64,000 nucleotides of DNA. Origin: a virus. The notes under the pieces are model-generated. The model had not been told where the DNA came from and did no database searches. It saw only the letters and a program-made list of their open reading frames with translations. Positions 47,546-56,128 of this stretch are shown one piece after another (the stretch's first letter is position 1; the number at the start of each line of letters is the position of its first letter). The stretch is from IMG/VR virus record IMGVR_UViG_3300034061_002572, positions 1-64,000 of that record. One strand, given 5' to 3'. The position numbers were made by a program, and so were the translations under genes.

Positions 47546-49864
47546 GAGAATAAAAGGATAAACAATATCTCCATATACGAATCCACCATCATCAAAGTAC
47601 TGACCTCCGACCATATAAACCGGACCACCATAAGCTTGATACATCATATCAGCTGGAGTAAACCCCCTATTACCTGAATCCATTTTGATTGCCGCCATTA
47701 AGGTTTTATCATCAAATCCAGGATAAAGTTGTTTATACTTCATTAGCTTATCTAGAGTACTGGTTGATTGTTCAGGTTTAATCTTTTTCCCTCCTTTAAA
47801 TATTCCAATACCTGTTCTTGGTGCAATAGCAAATTGTTCAGTTTGTTCATTGTATGTATTAGCAGCACCTGTTATACCTTTATTTAACTTCTCTGTTTTT
47901 CTAGCTGCCCAATCATTAAGTTCATTGTTCCAGTTTTGATTTCCTGTACTTAATTCATCTACATATCCTTTTCTTAACTTACCTTGATTTACCATATTTC
48001 TATCAAGAACTCCAAAGTTTGCTTCTCTTTCTGCATTCTCAATACCGGTATTTTCTAAGTTAGTTCTATCAATAATACCTTCTGGATTACTTTGCATCTG
48101 AGTAAGTATAGCTTGTTTAGCTGATGCAGGACCTGCACTTCTTCTTACTTGTTGTGTTCTTCCTGCCTCACTAGCTAACTGAGCTTGTACTTCACCAATC
48201 CAGTTTTTCTTGATATTTTCAAATTCAGGAGCATCAACACTTGGAAGATAAGGGTTTTCTTTGCGGTGTCTTTCATTCATCACAGTATTAAACTCATTGA
48301 TATCTTGCTGTCTCCACTCCGGCCAAAATTCACCTTGAGGTTGTTGCATTCCCATATATTGACCTGAACCACCACCTTCTCCACAGTCTGGTTCAGAACC
48401 ATCTTCCGGACAATCAACTGCAATCTTTTTAGAAGGATCATTAGGATCAGGACAGTAACATTCATCACCAGGAACGGTAGTTGTTGATGTTGCACATGTT
48501 TCAGGAAGACAGTTTCCATTCTCATCTTTATCAGCAAACATACCTTCAATAACATTACCTTGAGCATCTTTACATGGGCAATCTTGTTCTTCCATATAAA
48601 TAGCTTGTTCACTTTCTACAGCACCCTTTTGTTCACATGGTTTAAGTGTAGCTATAGCAGATTTATTTAATCCGGCATAAGCTACTACTTCTTCAGCAGT
48701 TTTACCATAATGCCTAGAACCAGGTGTTTTCATATTTCTACAAAGATCATTTACAAGATTTGGGTTACTTCCTCCACCTGAAGGAGCCCTGCTCCTATCA
48801 TATTCTTTTCTACCTTCTACTTTACCTGTAGTTTTATTATATTTATACTCACCTCTTTCATCTTTTCTTGTTTCCCAAGTACTTTTTCCATATTCATCCT
48901 TGCCTACTTTTTTAGTATCTTTTGGTCTACCTTTAACTTCATCACCTTTATCATATTGTTTTAAACCTCCATATCTCATTTCATATGGATCATTATAAAA
49001 CGGTAAACCATAACCACCCATAGACATTCCATACATAGCCATAGGAGCTTGTTGCATCATCTCTGGAGACATTTCTTCTTTAGGCATTGGTTGAGCAATT
49101 GGTTGACCATCAGGCATTACTGTTGGAGCTGTTCCATCTGGTTGATCTTCTATAGGTTCAGAGTAATCATTAGGCATTTGAGGAATATTGTTTTCTTCAC
49201 TCATTTCCTCTTGCTGCTGTTTGTTTGGATCATTTGGAAGAATGTCTTCATCCGATAATCCAACAGACTGCATGTATGGTTTTGCTACCTCTGGTATTCC
49301 TTGTGGAAATCCTTTCTTTCCTTCTTGAGCTAATGCTAATGCACCAAGTTTAATAACATATTTTTTGATCATCATCTCAGCTGTTCTTCTTGTCATCTCA
49401 TCTGAGTCTGGATCCTCAAGCATAGTTCTATACTTGTTTATGTCATATGGTTTAGCAAGTTCTGCCGGAGTATATGATTTTTTACCACATGGTTTATTGA
49501 ACATCTTTAACATAGTACAGTCACTTATCTTCATAGATTTAGTATCACTGAAGATAAATGTACCATCAGGAAGATTCAAAGGAACTCCTCCTTCATGATG
49601 TCTCTTACCTTTAATAATTTTATGTTCCGGAAACCCATCACCATTAATATCCCCAAATGCTGTCTCTCCTCCTTCAGCTTCTAGATTGGCTTCATCTCTT
49701 GGAACACTTGTTAAGTACTTGCTATCTTGTTTAGGTTTCTTTCCAATGTAAGCATTGTAATCTCTACCACCCATAGCAGGGACGTCATTAACAAGAGAAC
49801 CTTGAACTTGGTATCCAGTTCTTGCCGTTGGCAAATGTGTAATTCTTACTTTAAACTTTTTCAT
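47543..49864 (-). CDS. putative virion cargo protein (773 aa)
   Basis: EAEGGE, GKRHHEGGV and IFSD motifs recalled from crAss-like proteins; xxxGG motifs; Cys-rich insert. Confidence 0.8.
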   Translation of the reverse strand: MKKFKVRITHLPTARTGYQVQGSLVNDVPAMGGRDYNAYIGKKPKQDSKYLTSVPRDEANLEAEGGETAFGDINGDGFPEHKIIKGKRHHEGGVPLNLPDGTFIFSDTKSMKISDCTMLKMFNKPCGKKSYTPAELAKPYDINKYRTMLEDPDSDEMTRRTAEMMIKKYVIKLGALALAQEGKKGFPQGIPEVAKPYMQSVGLSDEDILPNDPNKQQQEEMSEENNIPQMPNDYSEPIEDQPDGTAPTVMPDGQPIAQPMPKEEMSPEMMQQAPMAMYGMSMGGYGLPFYNDPYEMRYGGLKQYDKGDEVKGRPKDTKKVGKDEYGKSTWETRKDERGEYKYNKTTGKVEGRKEYDRSRAPSGGGSNPNLVNDLCRNMKTPGSRHYGKTAEEVVAYAGLNKSAIATLKPCEQKGAVESEQAIYMEEQDCPCKDAQGNVIEGMFADKDENGNCLPETCATSTTTVPGDECYCPDPNDPSKKIAVDCPEDGSEPDCGEGGGSGQYMGMQQPQGEFWPEWRQQDINEFNTVMNERHRKENPYLPSVDAPEFENIKKNWIGEVQAQLASEAGRTQQVRRSAGPASAKQAILTQMQSNPEGIIDRTNLENTGIENAEREANFGVLDRNMVNQGKLRKGYVDELSTGNQNWNNELNDWAARKTEKLNKGITGAANTYNEQTEQFAIAPRTGIGIFKGGKKIKPEQSTSTLDKLMKYKQLYPGFDDKTLMAAIKMDSGNRGFTPADMMYQAYGGPVYMVGGQYFDDGGFVYGDIVYPFIL

Positions 49865-49872
49865 AATTGCTA

Positions 49873-52800
49873 TTATAAAAATTCAACTTTACCACCTGCT
49901 TTTAAGATCTCACGAATTTGATCCATAGTAAGTTGATATTCACCATTTTCTTTTAATCCTGTAGTACCACCTTTTTTAACAACTCCTTCAAAGCCCATTT
50001 TGTTAAATGTTCCTGAATTTTCTTCCCATGGTCCGGTTTCTATTCTTTGTCTAGAAGGTTGATCAGCATATGCTAAATTCTGCATAGCAGGTACATAATT
50101 ATTTCTAAATCCTTGTAGTTGATCCATATTAGTTACAAAAGATCTTGCACCAGCTTTTAAAGTATTTGCTAATCTATCTGGATGAAAAGTCTTAGCTGTT
50201 TGTTTTTTAACTTTAATCTGTTCAGTATCTTTTTCATAACATGGACTTGAAGGATCTTGTTTTTGTTCTTCTGTACAGTTATCTAACATTTTTTGTTTAG
50301 AATCCATAACAGCTGTTCCAACAGGATCTGTTACCCAACTAGGAACTGAATTGCCCATAGGATTTACTTGATTATTAATCTCACCGGCTATTTGAAATTC
50401 TGGTATATAACCACCATCCTCAAATGCAAATGGAGGAATATAACCGCCATAACCAAATTCACCACTTACATTGTACATACCTGAACCCGTATTTCTACCT
50501 GGGTTATACATAGGTTTATTTGCCGGACTATTTGGATTTACTGGTGGTCCTTCTATACCTTCAGAAACATTATACATTCCTGATCCAGTATTTGGTTTTG
50601 GTTTATATGTCTGTTGTTGATTACAATTAGGACCAAAACAACCAGTTTTTATAGCTCCACTGTCCATAGCTTTTTGCATAAGTTCAGGAGTTATAGATGA
50701 CTGGTTATCATTCATCATATCTTCACCTCTACCTAATTGCCTAGCTGTTCTTCTTTCTCCTCTTCTAATTTGTCTTTGTGCTCTATTTGATAATCCTTCT
50801 GTGTTAGAATAAATATTAGATCCTTGAGTTTGAGTAGATGTATTTCCTGTTGGTTGATTAGAACCTAAAGTTTGACCTTGTTTATTTACTAAGTTAGGAT
50901 CTAAAGGATTAGACTGAATATTATCTGGAATACCATTGTTATCCAAATCATTTGATGGCTGTCCTTGACCAAGAGATCCAGGTTTGGCAAAGTCAAAAGT
51001 ATATACTCTATCTTTATTAAATCCTAAATTTCTTTCAAACCAATTACCATCTTGTTTTCTCTCTTTAGAATACTTCATACCTGTAGGAACCATTCCAGAC
51101 TTTTGAATATTTGCTAATGAAGCTGCATAAGCTTGCATAGGATTAACAGCAATATTACCTTGTTTACCACCACCGTATGGTGTAAAGTAATCAAAGTCTT
51201 TAGTCATCATTCCAAATAGATTACCATACTGACCCATTCTACCTGAGTAACCTGGTGCATAACTTGGTCTTCCCCACATAGGTTGCCCAGCTCCAGCACT
51301 ACCAAATGAACCAGGATAATATTGTTGTTCATTATAATACTGTTGCTGACCTTGCTGAGGATTTTGTTTTTTACTATATTCTTCAAACATTTTTTGTACA
51401 TCCTCTCTAGTAAGCCCAGTATTTTGACCTTGTTGTACTTCACTGTCCTTCTCTCCATCAAAATGATATAACCCACCATGTTTGAAATAAGGATCACTAA
51501 CATCTTTAGAATAAGTAAAATCCATGTCAGCATTATCTATATCATCTCCACCATATATGTATTTGTATAGATCTGGATTTATAGCTCCTCCTGTTTGTTT
51601 CTTCTTTTTCTTTTTATTTTTTATTTCCTCTTTTGCTTTATTTAATGCCTTAGTATGTCTATTAGTGATATGATTCTGAAAACCATCAGAAAGTACAGAT
51701 GGTGTTTCACCAATACTACTAAGTCCTAATAAATCTGCTCCATCATCAATTGCATTGTCCATATCTGTTCTAGTTTTGTATGGACTATTTGAATATGGAT
51801 TACTTGACTTAGAACCAGATGCACCAGGTCCTAATTGTTTAGGATTAGATCCGGAACCCAATGATTTAGGTCCACCAGGAAGTTGTCTTTGACTATTAGG
51901 TAAACCTTTAGGGTTATTTCCAAAACCTCTAGAACCTATATTACCTATCATTCTAGTTCCAAATGTCATAGCATCTTTAATACCTGGTACACCTAATACT
52001 ATATCTTGTATTAGTTCATCATCTGCATATGAAGCTTGAGGTTTCATAGAACCATCCGCATTATAAAGATATGGTTGAGACTTGATCATTTGTTGTGTCA
52101 CTTGACTTTGACTTTTTTTCTTCCATTCTTCCATTACCTGTTTAGGAGTTTTTCCTGCCTTATCTCCTAAAGTATACTTACCAGAATTTTTATCAAAGCC
52201 GTACCATTGATCATATTCAGGTCTTCCCCATTTATCTTTTTTAAATTTATTTTTTTTAGCTTTAGCCTCATCCGGATCAAAACCAAACCACTCATCACCT
52301 TCTGATCTTCCCCAAGCATCTTTCTTTTTCTTAGGTTGAATTACATTTTGTCTTTGGTTATTTGAAGTTCCATCACCTGCAGTACCTTGATTTAATTCAG
52401 AGTTTGCTGTACCTGGTGAAGATCCTGCATTTGGATTATTAGCATCGAGTCCTGTATTTTTTGCTGCATCTGCATTAGCTTGTCCTTGAACAGTTTCAGA
52501 ACTAGTTGCAGTTGAATTAGGTGTGTCTTTTGCTACTTTATCTAATGCTTCTTTATTTTCAGTTTTTGCAACTATAGCTGTAGGAGTTTCAGAAGATGAT
52601 TTAACTCTAGTGCCTTTAATTTTATAAGTAGGAGAATACCATCCACCACTATAACTTTGCATCATACCCGGCATTACAGAACCAAAACCAAACATACCTT
52701 GCATCATTTTGGGATCCCAAGATACATTAGCAGATCTTAATCCACCTAGTAAACCAAACTTGTAATCAGCAGAAACTCCCGGAGGTGCAAACGGTACACC

Positions 52801-53646
52801 AAACATAGCTCTATTAGCTCTTCTCAATCTTCTATTAGCTCCACCAAATTGAAACTCTTGATTCATCATTGACTCATACTGTTGTTCTGCAAATTTTTTA
52901 TTTACAGCATTCTGAGCATTTTGTTTTACAGCAGGTACAAATGTTTCTTTACTTGTTAAGTAGTTACCTTTAATGTCATCTGCTGTTCCTCTTAATGATG
53001 CAGTATTTGTATCTTGTTGCTCCATACCTTCTTCAGCTTTAGAAAGTCTGGACATAGTTTCTCTAATAAACTTTCGTTTACCATTAGATCCACCATACTT
53101 CATAACATCTTTAAATGCTTTATACTCATCAGGATCATTCCCTTCTAATGCACTACTTGACATCAACATGTCATTAATCATTTGGTCATCTTCACCATCA
53201 TCACTTGCAGTACTATCATCATAGTATCCATAATCAGTTGTTGATTCTTCTTCATCTGTATCTGTATCAACTTCTGTATTATTATTAGCAGTAACTATAT
53301 CTTCTTCATCCTCATTCTCACCTAGAAAATTTGCTACTGTTTGTAAAGCTTGTTTACCTGCACCATTTATAATGCTTTGTATTGCACTAGGGTCTAGATT
53401 CATTTGTTGCAGTTCTGCAGCTTTCTGAGACATTAATGGTCTTATATCAGCATTCTCTGGATCAGGATCCTTCATTATTGTATTAACAAAGTAACTTGAT
53501 AAATCTGAAACTATTTGAGCTAAGTCTACAGCTGGTGCTTCTTCTTGCATACCACCCGAAACAAATTTTCTCATTGCAACTTGTTCTCTAGTGTAATAAC
53601 CCGGTGTTTCTCCAGGTTGAGCTTTTCTTATTTTATATCTTCCCAT
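49873..53646 (-). CDS. low-complexity putative cargo protein (1257 aa)
   Basis: Long ORF rich in G/Q/N, with many xxxGG motifs and internal repeats. Confidence 0.8.
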   Translation of the reverse strand: MGRYKIRKAQPGETPGYYTREQVAMRKFVSGGMQEEAPAVDLAQIVSDLSSYFVNTIMKDPDPENADIRPLMSQKAAELQQMNLDPSAIQSIINGAGKQALQTVANFLGENEDEEDIVTANNNTEVDTDTDEEESTTDYGYYDDSTASDDGEDDQMINDMLMSSSALEGNDPDEYKAFKDVMKYGGSNGKRKFIRETMSRLSKAEEGMEQQDTNTASLRGTADDIKGNYLTSKETFVPAVKQNAQNAVNKKFAEQQYESMMNQEFQFGGANRRLRRANRAMFGVPFAPPGVSADYKFGLLGGLRSANVSWDPKMMQGMFGFGSVMPGMMQSYSGGWYSPTYKIKGTRVKSSSETPTAIVAKTENKEALDKVAKDTPNSTATSSETVQGQANADAAKNTGLDANNPNAGSSPGTANSELNQGTAGDGTSNNQRQNVIQPKKKKDAWGRSEGDEWFGFDPDEAKAKKNKFKKDKWGRPEYDQWYGFDKNSGKYTLGDKAGKTPKQVMEEWKKKSQSQVTQQMIKSQPYLYNADGSMKPQASYADDELIQDIVLGVPGIKDAMTFGTRMIGNIGSRGFGNNPKGLPNSQRQLPGGPKSLGSGSNPKQLGPGASGSKSSNPYSNSPYKTRTDMDNAIDDGADLLGLSSIGETPSVLSDGFQNHITNRHTKALNKAKEEIKNKKKKKKQTGGAINPDLYKYIYGGDDIDNADMDFTYSKDVSDPYFKHGGLYHFDGEKDSEVQQGQNTGLTREDVQKMFEEYSKKQNPQQGQQQYYNEQQYYPGSFGSAGAGQPMWGRPSYAPGYSGRMGQYGNLFGMMTKDFDYFTPYGGGKQGNIAVNPMQAYAASLANIQKSGMVPTGMKYSKERKQDGNWFERNLGFNKDRVYTFDFAKPGSLGQGQPSNDLDNNGIPDNIQSNPLDPNLVNKQGQTLGSNQPTGNTSTQTQGSNIYSNTEGLSNRAQRQIRRGERRTARQLGRGEDMMNDNQSSITPELMQKAMDSGAIKTGCFGPNCNQQQTYKPKPNTGSGMYNVSEGIEGPPVNPNSPANKPMYNPGRNTGSGMYNVSGEFGYGGYIPPFAFEDGGYIPEFQIAGEINNQVNPMGNSVPSWVTDPVGTAVMDSKQKMLDNCTEEQKQDPSSPCYEKDTEQIKVKKQTAKTFHPDRLANTLKAGARSFVTNMDQLQGFRNNYVPAMQNLAYADQPSRQRIETGPWEENSGTFNKMGFEGVVKKGGTTGLKENGEYQLTMDQIREILKAGGKVEFL

Positions 53647-53664
53647 GATATTGGTTATATAATA

Positions 53665-53675
53665 AATATACTAAA
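53665..53675 (-). promoter_or_regulatory. candidate late promoter TTTAGTATATT
   Basis: Identical 11-mer at 63817-63827; both copies are intergenic and just upstream of structural genes. Confidence 0.5.
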
Positions 53676-53689
53676 TTTTAAATTAATAA

Positions 53690-53708
53690 CTAAACTTTAT
53701 AAGTTTAG
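53690..53708. promoter_or_regulatory. perfect inverted repeat CTAAACTT-TAT-AAGTTTAG
   Basis: 8-bp perfect arms upstream of the candidate promoter. Confidence 0.5.
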
Positions 53709-56128
53709 TCTATTCTTTCAATAATGTAACCACCATCTAAATAATTTTGAAGTTGGTCTTCTGATAAATCATCAACTATTATTTCTCCGCCATTCTCTTC
53801 TTGTTGTAAGGCTCCTACTCCTATAGCTGCTGGTAACAAAACTGGAGTTTTATTTAATAAATTAGATAACACATTATAGCTTTCTCCTTTAGTTTTTATA
53901 TCCCAAGGTTTTGTAAATGATAATATCCTATTTAAATAACCTTTATGATTAGCATAAAAATCTTGAAGTATGTCTGGTGTAACTTGTTCATGAATATTTT
54001 TTATTACACCTTTTTGTAACATTTGTTGTTTTAGTTCTCTTAAATGTGGCAATGGTTCATTGCCTTTACTTCCTCTAAAAAAATATGCAGCATTTGAAAG
54101 TTCTTCTGAATCATCATCAATTTGATTTAATAGATTATCAGCTTCATTTTCATTCATTAATCTAGTGTTATCAAAATACTGTTTTGTTTTATCTCTTGTG
54201 AATGGAGCTAACTGATCAATAGCTTCTATATCTAAATAAGATTGTCCTTTATGTGTTTTACCTATACTTTCTAAATAAGATTGAATATTATGTCCTAGTT
54301 CATGGGACATAACATATCTTAATTTATTATCATCTATTTTATTACCAAGAAGTTCTTTTAATTCATCAAAATTTATATTTACATATGGTGATGTAGCTTT
54401 ACCCTTATTTTTAAATGCTCCTGCAGAAGTGGATTGATATCTACTTGAATGAGCTTTTCCTTTATTCATAAATTTCATAAAGTCATCTATGTCATCTACA
54501 CCTAAATGATAAAGTCTTTGTTTTCCTTCTGGTGTAAGTAATTTTGCAATCTCATCTTTATAAATTTTAGGAACTTTTTTTATGTTAGAATAGTTATTAA
54601 TATAATGTTTAATATCTTTTTTTGCTTCTTTAGCTGTAGATAATATATCATTTACAGTTCTTGTAATAGGTCCTTCTGCATTTACAGCTTTTAAATTTTT
54701 AATTGATGCAGGATCAATTTTAGCTGCATTTACAGCAGCAGGCATTTCTTTAGTAAACTTACCAAGATTTCCAACACCTCTAACTACTGAAGCACCTAAC
54801 ATAGGTATGTCATAAGGTAGAGTATAATTAAGAGGATTTAATGCTGCAATTTGTTCTGGTTTTACATTAGCCATAGGTTGTCCAGATAATGCACCTGGAG
54901 CTTGTCTATAAGAACCTCCATAAAATTCATTACCCGATTTTTCTAGTGCATTTGCTGCAGCTACACCTAGAGCATCCAACCCAGCTAATGCTTCTAAACC
55001 GCCTACGGGAATACCAAATAATTCAGAATCTTTAATTTCTTGTTGTTCTTTTTTTGTAAGTCCTGGTAACTCTCCTCTATTCATAGCATCATTAGCTCTT
55101 GCATCAAATGGAGTAGTCAATGTTACAAGTCCTGCTAAAGTTCTGTCCCATAAACTTGGTTGTAGCTTAGATTCAAATTTAGAATTAGCAAATACATTTC
55201 TTTCACCTTTTGATAAATAGTCTACCCACTCTCCCCTTCTTTTAGGTGAGAATCCGTATTCCTTACCTAGTTTTTTAGCTACATAAGTATTTTTTTTATA
55301 TTCATATTCATTAGCAAAGTTTTTTTCTACAGCTTCTGGAAAATTATCCATAGATATCCCTGCAGCTTTACTAAGACCTTTATTAGTATTTTTCAGATAC
55401 TCTCTTTTCTTCTTATCTATAAAAGCTTGTTTAGAGTTTTTACTTTCATATTCTCTAGAGGCTTTTACCCAATAGGGTGCTTCGGCTTTTTTAGTTACTT
55501 CAGAATAAATCGGCATTCCTTCTGCAAATCCTTCCGGTGTTTGACCTTCTGCATATGTTACTCTTTCTTCTATTCCATCTGGTGGAAGTTCATTTACTTC
55601 ATTTCCATCTTGAAATTGATTTAATGAAGGTATAGAAATGTCTTCTATAACATAACCTCCTTTTCTGTATTCTTCTATTTCTTCAGGTGAAAGATTATCT
55701 ATATAAACATAGTCATCCGACTCTCCTCCATCTTGATAAAAAGGTGCATTAGGATCAAATATTTTATGCTTATGCTTTTTATGTAAAAAGTTCTTGACAA
55801 ATAATCTATTAGTTGCAGTTAAACTTCTACTATACTTTCTTGAATTTTTTGTTCCACCCTTTTTTGCAACTTGAGGATATTCATCTACAACGTCTCCAGG
55901 GAATTGATAATCATTATCTGGATACATCATTTGACTATAACCAGTATTATCTACACCATATACAGGATAAGGTACTCCGGCCATAGTTATATCTCCTGAA
56001 GGTATTCTGGTAGGTTGACCAGGAAACTTCCATTGTCCCATAGGATCATAAATAATATCCTTTGGTTTTGCAGGAGCCTTAGCTTTATCTAAATTTCTTT
56101 TAGCTGTGGATAATACTTTTTTATTCAT
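53705..56128 (-). CDS. putative cargo protein with zincin-like HELGH domain (807 aa)
   Basis: N-terminal GQWKFPG...ITMAGVPYPV...YQFPG..VDEYP; HELGH...E; duplicated GGY(V/I)IE module. Confidence 0.8.
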   Translation of the reverse strand: MNKKVLSTAKRNLDKAKAPAKPKDIIYDPMGQWKFPGQPTRIPSGDITMAGVPYPVYGVDNTGYSQMMYPDNDYQFPGDVVDEYPQVAKKGGTKNSRKYSRSLTATNRLFVKNFLHKKHKHKIFDPNAPFYQDGGESDDYVYIDNLSPEEIEEYRKGGYVIEDISIPSLNQFQDGNEVNELPPDGIEERVTYAEGQTPEGFAEGMPIYSEVTKKAEAPYWVKASREYESKNSKQAFIDKKKREYLKNTNKGLSKAAGISMDNFPEAVEKNFANEYEYKKNTYVAKKLGKEYGFSPKRRGEWVDYLSKGERNVFANSKFESKLQPSLWDRTLAGLVTLTTPFDARANDAMNRGELPGLTKKEQQEIKDSELFGIPVGGLEALAGLDALGVAAANALEKSGNEFYGGSYRQAPGALSGQPMANVKPEQIAALNPLNYTLPYDIPMLGASVVRGVGNLGKFTKEMPAAVNAAKIDPASIKNLKAVNAEGPITRTVNDILSTAKEAKKDIKHYINNYSNIKKVPKIYKDEIAKLLTPEGKQRLYHLGVDDIDDFMKFMNKGKAHSSRYQSTSAGAFKNKGKATSPYVNINFDELKELLGNKIDDNKLRYVMSHELGHNIQSYLESIGKTHKGQSYLDIEAIDQLAPFTRDKTKQYFDNTRLMNENEADNLLNQIDDDSEELSNAAYFFRGSKGNEPLPHLRELKQQMLQKGVIKNIHEQVTPDILQDFYANHKGYLNRILSFTKPWDIKTKGESYNVLSNLLNKTPVLLPAAIGVGALQQEENGGEIIVDDLSEDQLQNYLDGGYIIERID

